This document shows positions 1 to 11,037 of a DNA stretch of 64,000 nucleotides, in pieces. Below the pieces are notes generated by a model. That model made no database searches, had not been told where the DNA came from, and worked only from the letters and a program-made list of their open reading frames with translations. Source of the stretch: a virus; the IMG/VR virus record IMGVR_UViG_3300050821_006672, positions 45,476-109,475 of that record, one strand, 5' to 3'. Position numbers and translations under genes: made by a program. Within the stretch, counting starts at the first letter, position 1, and each line of letters opens with the position of its first letter.

Positions 1-2
1 CC

Positions 3-500
3 CAAGGCTCCTCCGAACTCGAAAACGAATACAACGAGGGCACCGACGAATACCGCGACGAAGCTGCCGAAGCCGCTGCGGAATCTCGCGGCCGTCAAGA
101 TGATCGTGAGCAGGTAGCGACTGGTCCCACTAACGAATTCAGGGAACCAGTAGGTATCGCCGATGCGCGGACAAGGCGCTTTGGTGGTCGCGGCTCGGAT
201 AAGGCGGGTGGGAGGGATGTAGAGTTTTCAAGGGAAACCCACGCTAAGCTTGCCAAGCATTTTGAGGAAATGGCCGCAAAGTCGCAGAACTATCCAGACG
301 CGCAGAAGAGGCATAAAGAGTTAGCTGAGCATAATAGGAGAAAAGCGGAAGAATTGGGTCGCGATCTTGCTATGGACCCGCTGGAGAAAGGCTCTGGCAA
401 AGAAACGATTTCGCACAACATTAGCGAGATGGTACACAGCGGCCATCCACAGAACCAGGCTATTGCTGCCGCGATGCATTCTGCGGGCAAGTCGCGCTAG
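3..500 (+). CDS. 5'-truncated hypothetical head-associated protein; C-terminal small domain PLEKGSGKETISHNISEM...QAIAAAM
   Basis: The frame of ORF 270..500 is open back to base 3. The C-terminal segment resembles a common small phage domain and follows a LAMD motif. Confidence 0.6.
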   Translation, partial: QGSSELENEYNEGTDEYRDEAAEAAAESRGRQDDREQVATGPTNEFREPVGIADARTRRFGGRGSDKAGGRDVEFSRETHAKLAKHFEEMAAKSQNYPDAQKRHKELAEHNRRKAEELGRDLAMDPLEKGSGKETISHNISEMVHSGHPQNQAIAAAMHSAGKSR

Positions 501-1162
501 TGACTATTTCAATTACTGCTATCGGTACCGGAACCACCTCCATCTCCATAGGCGCGGGCGGTGTGCCTGCCGGATCGCAAATTGTTCTTTGTTGCTGCGA
601 TGATGGAAACGGGAGCATTGCGCAAGCTACCGTTACAGACACAGCAGGGAACACCTACGTCTCGGTTACAGGCTCGACGCTGGCTGCTCCTTACGTTGAT
701 ATCATTCGTGCCCGCACAGGTCTCGCTCTAGTTAACGGCAATACGATAACCTACACGCGTAGCAGTGGCGGAACGCATTCCAACATTGAAGCCTTCTACG
801 CAACTGGCCTCGCTAATGTCGTTGCTCAGGCTCAAGCTACGAATAGTGGAATAGCTGGAGCGTCGCCTACAGTGACTTCAGGAACTCCTAACGATGTAGG
901 CTTCTTGTTTGTGGGAGTAGTGGGTGGTTCTGCTGCTATTTCATCCTTCACTCAAGATAGTACAAATGCGGCTTGGGGCTCTCCCCCAGGACAAGTATCG
1001 ATTGCATTGCCCCCGCTGGGGGGCGGTACTGTGATTAATAGCAACAAGTCGGCGTTGACATATAATCCTGCTTTTGGAACGCCTACGAATTGGGGTGCGG
1101 TGATCACCGCTCTGCGCGGCGAGTTTACAGATATGACCAGCCGCGCTTTAATGATGTCCTGA
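500..1162 (+). CDS. Gly/Thr/Ser-rich putative virion structural protein
   Basis: 220 aa with a beta-rich, small-residue composition; translationally coupled between the upstream ORF and the portal. Confidence 0.55.
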   Translation: MTISITAIGTGTTSISIGAGGVPAGSQIVLCCCDDGNGSIAQATVTDTAGNTYVSVTGSTLAAPYVDIIRARTGLALVNGNTITYTRSSGGTHSNIEAFYATGLANVVAQAQATNSGIAGASPTVTSGTPNDVGFLFVGVVGGSAAISSFTQDSTNAAWGSPPGQVSIALPPLGGGTVINSNKSALTYNPAFGTPTNWGAVITALRGEFTDMTSRALMMS

Positions 1163-1163
1163 G

Positions 1164-2798
1164 ATGCTCGACCGCGTAACTAAGCCAAAACCCATACGTA
1201 ACGCTTCACCTAAGAGGGTGAAAGTTACTCCATGGATAGTCGCGCGAGATAGGCTCCACGCTAATCTGCTTAAGCAGCGCGAGCGCAGGCAGTCTAGTCA
1301 AACTAAGTTATTCGAGCCCGCACCTAACATCTTTCCTCCCGAGGTCGGACCAAAGGTTGCTCCCAATATGCCTAAGCTGGCGATGGACGACAATATGTCG
1401 TCTACGCTGTCGTGGGCGCAGAATGCGATACAGTCTACATTTGCGGAAGGCTTGACATTCCTCGGCTACGCTTTCCTTGCACAGCTTGCTCAACGTCCAG
1501 AATATCGCCGAGCCGCCGAAATCCTTGCGGAGGAGATGACTCGCAAATGGATCAAGCTGCAATCGGTAAGCGACGATATCGACAAGACGGATCGCATCAA
1601 AATACTCACCGATGTCATTGATAAGTTCAAGATCAAAGATCATTTCCGCAAGCTCGCCGAACAAGATAACTATTTTGGTCGCGCGCATCTCTACGTTGAT
1701 CTTAAAGGAGCGAAAGACGACCACGACGAGCTGAAGACCTCGATTGGTACGGGCCGCGACGATACATCTAAGCTCAAAGTCGGTCAGGGGAGTTTGCTAG
1801 GCTTTAAATGCGTTGAGGCTGTGTGGTGTTATCCGACTACTTACGACTCCTACGATCCACTAGCGGGCGATTGGTACAATCCCACTCTGTGGTACGTAAT
1901 GGCGAGGCCTATTCATGCCACCCGACTTCTCAAATTTGTCTGCCGAGAGGTCCCCGACCTCCTCAAGCCCGCTTACGCTTTTGGAGGGTTGTCGCTTTCG
2001 CAGATGGGCAAACCTTATGTCGATAATTGGCTTAGAACGAGACAGAGTATTGCCGATCTTATCCACTCATTCTCCGTATTTGTTCTTAAGACCAACTTAT
2101 CTTCGTCTCTCCAAGACGGAGGCGAAGAGTTCTTCGAGCGATTGAACCTCTTCGTATCCAACCGCGATAACCAAGGCGTGATGGCGATCGATAAGGATAC
2201 GGAGGATTTTGGTAATGTCTCGGCCTCGATTGCTGGCCTCGAAGGACTGCAGGCGCAGACGCAGGAACATCTGTGCGCGGTTTGGGGTATCCCCGCTATC
2301 AAATACCTCAACATCCAGCCAGCGGGCTTTAATGCAAGTTCCGAGGGTGAAATCCGAACGTTCTACGATACCATCTTGGCTTTGCAAGAGCGTTTCTTCC
2401 GACCTAACTTGACGCGGGTACTCGATTTCATAATGCTCCATCTGTGGGGCGAGGTCGATCAGGAGATTACATTTGCGTTCGAACCGCTATGGTCGCTCGA
2501 TGAAGAGCGTATGGCGGCTAAGCGCAAGACAGAGGCGGATACGGATGTAGCGCTTATGGATGCGTCCGTACTTTCTCCGGAAGAAATACGTAAGCGCGTA
2601 GCGGCTGATCCCAATTCTCCTTACTCGTCGATTGACGTAGACGACTTGCCTGAGCCGCCTGCTGAGGAAGGGATGGGAGGCGAAATGGAGGGAGAAGGTG
2701 GTGAAGAAACCGAAAACTCTGAGGCCCCTTCATCCGAACACAGGGATCGAGGCGGCGTATCGCAAGAAGATAATGGCCCTAGTAGAAGAGATGAATGA
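1164..2798 (+). CDS. Portal protein (DUF1073/HI1409 family)
   Basis: Motifs AEEMTRKWI, FGGLSLSQMGKPYVDNWLRTRQS, PAGFNASSEGEIRTFYD and FEPLWSLDE; acidic tail; directly upstream of MuF. Confidence 0.9.
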   Translation: MLDRVTKPKPIRNASPKRVKVTPWIVARDRLHANLLKQRERRQSSQTKLFEPAPNIFPPEVGPKVAPNMPKLAMDDNMSSTLSWAQNAIQSTFAEGLTFLGYAFLAQLAQRPEYRRAAEILAEEMTRKWIKLQSVSDDIDKTDRIKILTDVIDKFKIKDHFRKLAEQDNYFGRAHLYVDLKGAKDDHDELKTSIGTGRDDTSKLKVGQGSLLGFKCVEAVWCYPTTYDSYDPLAGDWYNPTLWYVMARPIHATRLLKFVCREVPDLLKPAYAFGGLSLSQMGKPYVDNWLRTRQSIADLIHSFSVFVLKTNLSSSLQDGGEEFFERLNLFVSNRDNQGVMAIDKDTEDFGNVSASIAGLEGLQAQTQEHLCAVWGIPAIKYLNIQPAGFNASSEGEIRTFYDTILALQERFFRPNLTRVLDFIMLHLWGEVDQEITFAFEPLWSLDEERMAAKRKTEADTDVALMDASVLSPEEIRKRVAADPNSPYSSIDVDDLPEPPAEEGMGGEMEGEGGEETENSEAPSSEHRDRGGVSQEDNGPSRRDE

Positions 2799-3486
2799 CT
2801 CTATCCGACATTGGCTTGAGGCTTCTTATCGCAAGAATGAGCCAATACTGGCGCAGGATGCCTTGCCGGCAAACAAGCTGCGCAAGACTAGGCAAGAGTT
2901 GCGCAAGCGCTGGGAGAAGCGTTTCGATGATATGGCGCCGAAGCTGGCTGAGTATTTTGCGAAGACTGTTTCACGTCGTTCGGATTCGACGCTCCAACGT
3001 ATCTTCAACCAAGGCGGCGTGTCCGTTAAGTTCAAGGCAACAAAGGCGCAGAACGATGTATTACAAGCCTCGGTACATGAGAATGTATCTCTTATCCGAT
3101 CGATACCAGCGCGACATCTGGACGAGATTGAGGGCTTGGTAATGCGTTCGGTACAGCAAGGCCGTAACCTGGGCGAGTTGAGCAAGGAGCTAAACAAGCG
3201 TTTTGGAGTAACGAGGCGTAGGGCGGCTCTTATCGCGCGAGATCAAAACAATAAGGCTAGCGCCAGCTTCCATCGTGTAAGACAGCTTGAGTTAGGAATA
3301 ACTCGCGCTTTGTGGGTTCACAGCGGCGGTGGTAAGCATCCTCGTCCTACTCATGTAAAAAATAATGGCAAATCTTTCGACGTAGCCAAGGGATGGCTCG
3401 ACCCTGCTATCGGCAAGCGCATATGGCCTGGTACTGAAATTCAATGCAGATGCGTCAGCCGCGCAGTAGTTCCTGGATTTAGTTGA
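2698..3486 (+). CDS. Head morphogenesis protein (MuF/SPP1 gp7 family)
   Basis: RRAALIARDQNNK, RPTH and PGTEIQCRC motifs; follows the portal. Confidence 0.9.
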   Translation: MVKKPKTLRPLHPNTGIEAAYRKKIMALVEEMNDSIRHWLEASYRKNEPILAQDALPANKLRKTRQELRKRWEKRFDDMAPKLAEYFAKTVSRRSDSTLQRIFNQGGVSVKFKATKAQNDVLQASVHENVSLIRSIPARHLDEIEGLVMRSVQQGRNLGELSKELNKRFGVTRRRAALIARDQNNKASASFHRVRQLELGITRALWVHSGGGKHPRPTHVKNNGKSFDVAKGWLDPAIGKRIWPGTEIQCRCVSRAVVPGFS

Positions 3487-4295
3487 TGCCTGGCGGCTAT
3501 CCCTTTGGTATAGAGTGCTGTAATGCGCAGGACGTGGGCACGATATCCAGCGGCTCGGTTGGAACGTCCGTTACTTGCGGTACGGCAAACGTCAAGGGCG
3601 GCTGGACACAGCTTATCTCGTCTTTAGGCGCCGATTGTTGCTGGACAGTAGTAGAATTGGCCTGCTTATCGCTTGCCAAAAGCGTGTTGGTGGACATCGG
3701 TATTGGCAGTCTTAATAATGAACAGCCTGTAGTAAACAATTTATGGTTTAGAAGCCCGGCTGGGGTTGGATCAATTGATGTTGTTAAGTACTGTTTCCCT
3801 CTACAAATACCCTCGGGCTCTCGGATATCTGTAAGAGGTCAGTCGAATACTGCGGCACAGGTATTTACAGCGAAGATGTCCTGCTATGATGGCGCTTTTA
3901 CTATGATGGAGGGCGCTGCTAGGATCGATATGGTAGGGGTCAGTACCGCCACCAGCAGTGGTACTGCAGTTATGCCAAACGCAACGGCTAACACGAAAGG
4001 GAGCTTTGCCCAATTAATCCTTTCCACAACTAAGGACTATTGTGGACTAATTGTGGTAGTAGGTTTGATAGGTACAGTATCAACTGATTACCTTTTCGAT
4101 ATTGCTATTGGAGGGGCTGGTAGCGAACAAGTAATTATTCCAAATATACACGGAATGCCGCAGACCTCTGCCCCTATGATGACCGTTTTTGTGCCAATCC
4201 CTGTACCGAGTGGGTCGAGACTATCGGCTAGAGCCCAGGCAAATGGAGCTTCTGCTGCCAACTGTCAAATTGCGGCGGGAGGGATTTATATATGA
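3483..4295 (+). CDS. Putative virion protein with internal tandem duplication
   Basis: The two halves share ANxKG..QLIxS...DIxIG..xEQ...P(I/V)PSGSR(I/L)SxRxQ. Confidence 0.65.
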   Translation: MMPGGYPFGIECCNAQDVGTISSGSVGTSVTCGTANVKGGWTQLISSLGADCCWTVVELACLSLAKSVLVDIGIGSLNNEQPVVNNLWFRSPAGVGSIDVVKYCFPLQIPSGSRISVRGQSNTAAQVFTAKMSCYDGAFTMMEGAARIDMVGVSTATSSGTAVMPNATANTKGSFAQLILSTTKDYCGLIVVVGLIGTVSTDYLFDIAIGGAGSEQVIIPNIHGMPQTSAPMMTVFVPIPVPSGSRLSARAQANGASAANCQIAAGGIYI

Positions 4296-4621
4296 CTTGG
4301 ACACTCTCCCAAAGCGGTACTACATCGGCGCTTTCCATAGGCGTCGAAACAACTTTGGCTACAGATACCAATAACGCTACATTTGTGTTGGAGGTGGATA
4401 CGAGCAATCTGACGCTTGGGGATGAATTGGAGATACGTATTTACACCATTATGTTGGGTGGGGGTTCTCTTACTCAGGCGTGGAAGGGTGCGTACCAACA
4501 CGCACAGATAAATAACCACAAGATCAGCCCCCCAGTTGCTAGTGACCAGTCGATTAAGTGTACGCTTAACCAGACGGCTGGGACTGGACGAACGTTTGCT
4601 TGGAAGATGTTGAGAATATAG
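4292..4621 (+). CDS. Small putative virion beta-sandwich protein
   Basis: 109 aa; ATGA overlap with the previous gene; phage structural-like composition. Confidence 0.6.
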   Translation: MTWTLSQSGTTSALSIGVETTLATDTNNATFVLEVDTSNLTLGDELEIRIYTIMLGGGSLTQAWKGAYQHAQINNHKISPPVASDQSIKCTLNQTAGTGRTFAWKMLRI

Positions 4622-4766
4622 CGAAGATGTTCAATTTACAGAATTACGGACTGACTACGGAATTGCCAGCTGCTAGTACTTCTTCGAATACTTACGCTCA
4701 GGGATTTTTCATGGTCCCATGCTTAACTTGGTTTGTGTTGTGGATTAGCGTCGTGGGTGCGGGCGT

Positions 4767-5423
4767 ATGGCTCTGATATTTAGAGGAGGGGGTTTTATTC
4801 CTCCAGCAATTGCGGGTGGCCTTGTTGTATTAGATGCTGTCGGTACTGTAACTCAGCATACAACAACTTATACTGGAATGACAGTTGGTTCTGGGTTAGT
4901 TGGTGGTGCACTGGTAATTGTGATAAATACTGCGACAGCTCAAACGGTTACGTCTGTCCCTGTGTGGGGTTCACAGACAATGACGTTGATAGGCTCCGTA
5001 AATCTTGGTAATGTTGGGGTAACTGGCGCAACAACATACATGTATGGATTATTAAATCCCCAGTCTGGTAATCAAACTGTGACGTATGCATTAACTGGTA
5101 ACAACGCTAGTGTTTGTGGCATCTCATTCAGCGGAGTCAATTCGGTATTTGGAACAGCGTTCCAACACTATAATTCTAACGGTGCTATTGCGTCGTCAAT
5201 TTCTACGTCCATTGTGAGTGCTACCAACCATATGGTTTTGGGTGTGGCTGGAGACCCGCAAAACAGCATCAACACCATTTCTGGTACGCAAAAATGGCTT
5301 AGCAATGCTTTCATTGTTGATACTGCAGGCTGTATCAATCCGGGTGCGGCCAGTGTCAATGTTTCAGCAACATTCAGTGCGGCAGATCAAGTCGGCGTAG
5401 CTGGTGTGGACATAAGCTTCTAG
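4767..5423 (+). CDS. Gly/Thr/Ser-rich putative virion protein
   Basis: 218 aa; composition similar to 500..1162 and 61479..62168. Confidence 0.6.
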   Translation: MALIFRGGGFIPPAIAGGLVVLDAVGTVTQHTTTYTGMTVGSGLVGGALVIVINTATAQTVTSVPVWGSQTMTLIGSVNLGNVGVTGATTYMYGLLNPQSGNQTVTYALTGNNASVCGISFSGVNSVFGTAFQHYNSNGAIASSISTSIVSATNHMVLGVAGDPQNSINTISGTQKWLSNAFIVDTAGCINPGAASVNVSATFSAADQVGVAGVDISF

Positions 5424-5424
5424 G

Positions 5425-8400
5425 ATGTCACTCGACGCTGAAAATGTTTCAGGCCAAGGTGGCGGTTCCAATCTTGTGTATAGGAACCTGCGTTCTTCTG
5501 CCTTTGGGGATTTTCCATCCTATAACACAACTGACAGGCCGGCGCGTAGTTCTGCCGATTGGTTGCATATGGATGGGTTACTATTGTGTTATCCTTACGA
5601 CCTCACTGCGATGGGGACGTGGGGAACTAACATATCGACAGCGAAGGGTTTTCGTTATGTATGGTTCATAGCCCCTGACCATGATTCTGAATATGCGTGG
5701 GGCCTTGACGCGGAAATGATTTATCGTGGGTTCAGTAATGACCCAACAATACTGCCTGATCCCTCGACGCTTGTTCCTATCGTTTCAGTGCTCGGTACCA
5801 CGCAGACGGGCACGGCTGCTAGTTTTACGGCGTCTATTGCTGGCGATGGAGTAACATTGAATGTATCTGGAATCTCGTCGGGCATTATTGCTTTAGGCTA
5901 TCAGATTGCTGGTACAGGTATTACCGGATCACCCCATATTGTGTCTATGGGAACTGGGATGGGAGGTACGGGTACTTACGTCTTATCGGTTAACCAGGGT
6001 GGAGCTATTGGTAGCGAGGGGATGACGGCCACTGTGACAGGCAGTGGGCTATTTAATGGCCACTTTTTTCCGTGGTTTGTGTTCAATGCAGATACCAATC
6101 AGGGTCATCTCTATCTCCAATGCATCGTCACGTCCGGCATCAATGATAACGCTTGGAACGAAGGCTGTTGGACGACAACAGATATTGATAACTACACTTT
6201 CCAAGGCATTGCGTTTACTAACAGTCTAAACCCCGGTTTCGGCTTTGCCTCGGGGATGACGGTGTATCGTCTCGGCGTCAATAATTGGATAGCTTTTGGG
6301 TCGGCGGACACGGGTTCTAACGACGGCAAAAAAGGCTACTGGACATCAACAGATGGCCTGCGCTTTACGTTCCAGGGGCAGATAACCGGCAAGGTTGGGT
6401 CTAGTGTTTATACTATCCAGGGGGCGCCTAAGTTCACGGTCGGGGGGCAGGATTATGTTCTGACGTGGGAGGACGCGAGGGGCAATGCATGGAGTAGTTC
6501 GACGACTTATGCTATTGGAGATCGCGCAAATATTATAACTTACAGCGGACCTCGCAACGAGCATTATTACGAGTTTCAGACTTACCAGTCGTTGACTAAC
6601 GGTAATCTGAATAACAACCCATCTACTAGTCCGGCGAATTGGGTCACTGTGACTGATGGTGGGCAGTTTCTCGCGCAAGTCGTAATCGATTCACATGGCA
6701 ACGTTTTAGCCTCTCCTGCTCCGGTTAGACAGTCGGCTATGTATACGGGAACGTTTCCTGGCCCTACTTACGTCAGCTATGTTAGCGGCATCATGGAGAG
6801 TGGTTTTTGCGTTGCGCTCGTTCTTCATGGATTTTACCCAGCACTGAATCCAGCGACACTTCCTGCGCCCTATATTCAGGGCGGTGGGTTGAGTGAAGAA
6901 TACCTAGACGTATATCCGGTTATTGTGGACGCAACAGCAGCACCTAACGCTGCTCCATTTGGAGTTAGGTGTTCATGCGCTGGTGGCAACATCCTGATCC
7001 GTTGGTTTGATATCAGCCCTGGACACAATTACCGCGTCAAGCGTGCGACGAGTCTTGGGGGCACCTACGCGAACCTCGCTGACGTGACAGTTGGACAATA
7101 CATTGATACGACTGGGACGCTTGGGACGGTTTACTATTATAAGGTCGTGACGCTCAATGGTGGTGTTGAAAAAGATTCGCGTACTGTCAGCACTTATTGC
7201 GGTCAGTATGACAGCTTCACTTGCGCTCATGTGACGCGCGCTCTGGCGGCTGGTGCGGATGCGACAACGATATCTGAGTGGCGCATTGCCAAGGTGGTGC
7301 GGTGGCTCATTGAGCATGATAAGCTCAAGCACCTCCGTGTGGGGACGGCTGCTTGGATGGGCGTCGTTCAGGATGGCAGTCACAACATCAGCAGGATATT
7401 CGATCTCGGCACTACTCTCTTGCCCCGGATGGGCGACCTAACACCAACAACGGCTACGGGGACGACTTACAGTGCGACAGCGATCAATTCAGTAACACCG
7501 GGATGGATTAACGCCAACAATAACTCATTTGGAATGTACGGTAATTTTGGCAAAGGGACAGGATCGCAGGGGCGTTTGAATAATATCCGTAAGTGGGATG
7601 CCTGCACGTTCTTTGCCAGCTACCAAAAGTCAAATGCTAATCAGACAACATTCGTGTCCACTGGGGAATTTAACAGCGGCTTGACGCTTCGAGTCGCAGC
7701 AGGTTCACCCGGCACGCCGCAATTCCTGATGGCAGACAAGGTGACGAGCCACACTGCAACGGGGCCGGCGTTGTCTGGCGCAACACCCCACATCATTGCC
7801 GGCACTTACGACGGGAATGGTACGGCCAAGTGCTATACAGAAGGTGTGGCCGGCACTCCTGTTACTGGGATTGCAGACAATTCGGTATTGCTTGGGCAGA
7901 CAGGTGTGGCGGTTCTTAATTTTTTCTTAGGGACTGGGACTACGAGCCTAAAGTTTGGTGCCAATTCCTCTCCCCCAGGGCCAGGGGGAACCTATGTATT
8001 TGAGAACAACGAAGCTCAGTATAACGGGCATGCGAATTTTGGATTCGACGTACTGTTTACCGATCCCGAGATTGCTTCGTTCACCCAACTACTTCGCGAC
8101 GATACGACGGCCACTATAGTTGACGATATTAAGGCCACCTACGGCGCGAAGGGTGATGGCCAGAAACTGCTGTCTACCTGGACTACTAGCGGGATGACGC
8201 TGACGTGCAATGGCACCAGCCCATTTGTTTCCGGCGACACTGGCAAGTATTTTGCGTTGAGTGGTGCTGGCACTGCTGGCGGCATATTAAGTGGAACGCT
8301 GACTTTTGTTAGTTCCACTCAGGTAACAATGAGCGTCAGCGCTATCACGCCTTTGACTTCTTCGTCGCAGACATTAGAATGGGGAACGAACGATAGCGCC

Positions 8401-10227
8401 ACTTTTGCTGCTTTTAATACTGCGAGGGCGGGCAGCACATCTCCGGTTGAATTGGATATTCCTGCTGGGCGGTATTGCTTCATGGGGGCTGGGTTGGGGA
8501 TTGGTTTTACTTGGAACGTAAAAAATCTTCGCGTTGTTGGTAGCGGAACTGCGGTGTTCACGGATATGTCCGGAACAGGGAGAGGATGGTTCTTGGGCGG
8601 TTGCGCGGGAGGTCAATCGAATAATAACACGAGTCAGGCTCGTACCAGTACCGCGAACGCCGGTAGTTCGATGATCACCCTGAAGAACTCCTCCGATGCC
8701 TCGCGGTTCTCTCCGCCATGTTGGGCATTGATGACCGGATTAGATATACAAGGATTCGGATATCCGAGTAACCAGCAATTTTATGAGTGGGTATACGTTA
8801 CGTCGATTGTTGGCGCGGCTGTTAATCTGCAGTCGCCGCTCGTCAACACTTACAAAGATACGTGGCCGGTATTCAACGCCGGCAATGCTAGTAATGTAGA
8901 CTGTGGGGGTCCTGCTACGCTCTACGCGATCGAGGCGGGGTGGGATTGTGACCATGAATACGTCAACATCCAGCAAGAATCGACTGGGCAAATAAATAGC
9001 ATCGGCCGTAACGTCACTTATACTGGAGGTGGTTCCATCGCCGGCAACAGTGCGGGATGTTGTGTCTACCCTTCGAGAAATAAGGTGTGGACGTGCAATG
9101 GCGTGGACACGACGGCTGGTAGTTCTGAGATCGATAAGTTGATTGCCAACGTGGTCGTGAATGGTGGTCATTGGAGTAGACCAAAAACCCAGAGTCCATC
9201 CCCAGATAGTATGACGTTTGAGAACGTTGTCATGAACAGCAATATGCTGGGGTCACCGAAGAATACGAGTCTCAAGGGCTGCTACCTCAACGGCGGCGCG
9301 TCATTTGGGCCAACTGCTTTTGGCTACGGAACGTCTGTTTATTCCGAGGCGTGTTCTTTTGCTAATGTGGGTGCCAGTAGCGGTTTTATCGGCGGAGTAG
9401 CTGAGAGCGACGTGTTGGGGGCTGGGGCGTACCAATTCATTGGCGGCGGGATCATCAAGAGACTTAAGTCTGGTGGATCAGGATCGCCCCCTCAATGGGG
9501 AACTTCTAATGGAATTTGTTTCATCGGCACTAATTCTCTGACCACAGAATATATATTTCAAGTCACAGATATTTACGAGGATGGGACTTATATTTACATT
9601 CGAACTACACTGGACGGATTTCCGACTATTCCTGGCCCCACGTGGAACATTCACACTCACCCGTGCCCGCAGCTTACTATGGTTGCGTGCGTAGGCTGCG
9701 TTGATGCAATCGATATGTCGGGGGCACCGACTGCTAGAGCACCGATATACTCATACACCAAGCGGACGTTCTCAAACTGGGCTGCTCAGCAGCAGAGCAC
9801 ATCTTGGATTTGGGGAAGGTTGGTATCGTATACGCTTGGCGGATATCCAGGAGATACACCTTATACGGGTGTGTTAGGTACGCTAAAGCTGGAGCCTGCA
9901 GCACAGTTGGGAGCGGCCTGCGTTTCTCCTACGGGAGGAGCCTCTATATTCTATGATCCAGTGTTAAACATGATAGTTGGAGGGCAGCGTATTCTACTAC
10001 CTGGGTCTGTTTCTGCACAATCAGGCGATGTCCTTGGCGCAGCTCCAGGAGCATTATGGTTTACCAAGAGCGTGTCTCCATTTCTAGACAGTAGCATTTC
10101 GGGAGAATCCTCTTCTGTTTGGCCAACGATTACTATTGAGCTAGTAACTGATCAGACTGTTATTCAAGTTCCTTACCAAACTAATCTACCTAGCAGCCAG
10201 CGTGGTTTTTTCCGTCATGTCGTCTAA
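5425..10227 (+). CDS. Large multidomain fibre/spike-like protein (propeller-like, FN3-like, LamG-like and beta-helix-like segments)
   Basis: 1600 aa. FN3-like YRVKRATSLGGTY...YYYKVV; LamG-like HIIAGTYDG; tailspike-like YGAKGDG...GTNDSATF...LDIPAGRY. Confidence 0.7.
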   Translation: MSLDAENVSGQGGGSNLVYRNLRSSAFGDFPSYNTTDRPARSSADWLHMDGLLLCYPYDLTAMGTWGTNISTAKGFRYVWFIAPDHDSEYAWGLDAEMIYRGFSNDPTILPDPSTLVPIVSVLGTTQTGTAASFTASIAGDGVTLNVSGISSGIIALGYQIAGTGITGSPHIVSMGTGMGGTGTYVLSVNQGGAIGSEGMTATVTGSGLFNGHFFPWFVFNADTNQGHLYLQCIVTSGINDNAWNEGCWTTTDIDNYTFQGIAFTNSLNPGFGFASGMTVYRLGVNNWIAFGSADTGSNDGKKGYWTSTDGLRFTFQGQITGKVGSSVYTIQGAPKFTVGGQDYVLTWEDARGNAWSSSTTYAIGDRANIITYSGPRNEHYYEFQTYQSLTNGNLNNNPSTSPANWVTVTDGGQFLAQVVIDSHGNVLASPAPVRQSAMYTGTFPGPTYVSYVSGIMESGFCVALVLHGFYPALNPATLPAPYIQGGGLSEEYLDVYPVIVDATAAPNAAPFGVRCSCAGGNILIRWFDISPGHNYRVKRATSLGGTYANLADVTVGQYIDTTGTLGTVYYYKVVTLNGGVEKDSRTVSTYCGQYDSFTCAHVTRALAAGADATTISEWRIAKVVRWLIEHDKLKHLRVGTAAWMGVVQDGSHNISRIFDLGTTLLPRMGDLTPTTATGTTYSATAINSVTPGWINANNNSFGMYGNFGKGTGSQGRLNNIRKWDACTFFASYQKSNANQTTFVSTGEFNSGLTLRVAAGSPGTPQFLMADKVTSHTATGPALSGATPHIIAGTYDGNGTAKCYTEGVAGTPVTGIADNSVLLGQTGVAVLNFFLGTGTTSLKFGANSSPPGPGGTYVFENNEAQYNGHANFGFDVLFTDPEIASFTQLLRDDTTATIVDDIKATYGAKGDGQKLLSTWTTSGMTLTCNGTSPFVSGDTGKYFALSGAGTAGGILSGTLTFVSSTQVTMSVSAITPLTSSSQTLEWGTNDSATFAAFNTARAGSTSPVELDIPAGRYCFMGAGLGIGFTWNVKNLRVVGSGTAVFTDMSGTGRGWFLGGCAGGQSNNNTSQARTSTANAGSSMITLKNSSDASRFSPPCWALMTGLDIQGFGYPSNQQFYEWVYVTSIVGAAVNLQSPLVNTYKDTWPVFNAGNASNVDCGGPATLYAIEAGWDCDHEYVNIQQESTGQINSIGRNVTYTGGGSIAGNSAGCCVYPSRNKVWTCNGVDTTAGSSEIDKLIANVVVNGGHWSRPKTQSPSPDSMTFENVVMNSNMLGSPKNTSLKGCYLNGGASFGPTAFGYGTSVYSEACSFANVGASSGFIGGVAESDVLGAGAYQFIGGGIIKRLKSGGSGSPPQWGTSNGICFIGTNSLTTEYIFQVTDIYEDGTYIYIRTTLDGFPTIPGPTWNIHTHPCPQLTMVACVGCVDAIDMSGAPTARAPIYSYTKRTFSNWAAQQQSTSWIWGRLVSYTLGGYPGDTPYTGVLGTLKLEPAAQLGAACVSPTGGASIFYDPVLNMIVGGQRILLPGSVSAQSGDVLGAAPGALWFTKSVSPFLDSSISGESSSVWPTITIELVTDQTVIQVPYQTNLPSSQRGFFRHVV

Positions 10228-10513
10228 ATCAATCTTTAACGGCTCCGGCTACTTCCTCAGCGACAACCGCGCTTCGGGTGGAAAGCTCGAAGAAGATGAT
10301 CTCTTAGGGTGTGGGCACTGCCCCCGTCCTGTCAAGAAGCGTAAATGGTCTCTTAAAGGGGGAATGTGTTTCGTTTGTGCTAACGCGCTGTGTTTCGAAT
10401 GCTATTCAAAAGTTCACATAACCGGTTGTACGGGGCCGGATGTAGACAAACTCCTGCGGGCGGTTAACGAAGAATACCGCAAGCAGCAGAATGCCAAAGT
10501 GCTTGGCATTTGA
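10202..10513 (+). CDS. Cys-rich zinc-finger-like protein
   Basis: CGHC, CFVC and CFEC motifs. Confidence 0.6.
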   Translation: MVFSVMSSKSIFNGSGYFLSDNRASGGKLEEDDLLGCGHCPRPVKKRKWSLKGGMCFVCANALCFECYSKVHITGCTGPDVDKLLRAVNEEYRKQQNAKVLGI

Positions 10514-10558
10514 AAGAGGCCTGGAGTGGTGACTAGGCATGACTAAAGGAGCAAGACA

Positions 10559-11032
10559 ATGCCTACGATGACTTCAGGTAACGGTGCTTTCACGCCGAGC
10601 ACCAGCACCGACAATTGGACTTGGGATACCCAAACCGCCAACGTATTTGGCAAAGTGGTCGCGATTGGTTGGGGTGGTCGCCTTACGACCTCGACCGCAT
10701 ATCGTACTCGATGGACCCGACCGACCACCGCCGCTGCCGGTACCTTCACGGCCTTGACCTCTGCGTTCCATCAGCCGAACTACACTTCATTCGGTTCTCG
10801 CGTTGGTACTTTCAGCAACGCTGCGACGCTCGCGTCCGATCCTAGTGGCAATCTTTGGGCGCAAGATTGGAACGCGCAAGGCGGTGTCGGCATGATCGTC
10901 ATGCCCCTTGCAAACCCCTGGTGGTGCGTTGGTGCGGCGGGTGCTGGCGCTTTGCAAGGCCAGATTTCATGCCGCAACATCGCTGGTACTGACGCTTCCG
11001 GCAGTAGCTATGAAGTCACGATCGAGGAGTAA
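10559..11032 (+). CDS. Putative virion structural protein
   Basis: Strong RBS (AAGGAG); 157 aa, Thr/Gly/Ala-rich. Confidence 0.65.
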   Translation: MPTMTSGNGAFTPSTSTDNWTWDTQTANVFGKVVAIGWGGRLTTSTAYRTRWTRPTTAAAGTFTALTSAFHQPNYTSFGSRVGTFSNAATLASDPSGNLWAQDWNAQGGVGMIVMPLANPWWCVGAAGAGALQGQISCRNIAGTDASGSSYEVTIEE

Positions 11033-11037
11033 TTGCT

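Noticed and set aside
1164-2798. Anti-CBASS Acb1 call for the DUF1073 protein
   Set aside because: No appended 2H-phosphoesterase domain with paired HxT/S motifs is visible; size and synteny indicate a plain portal.
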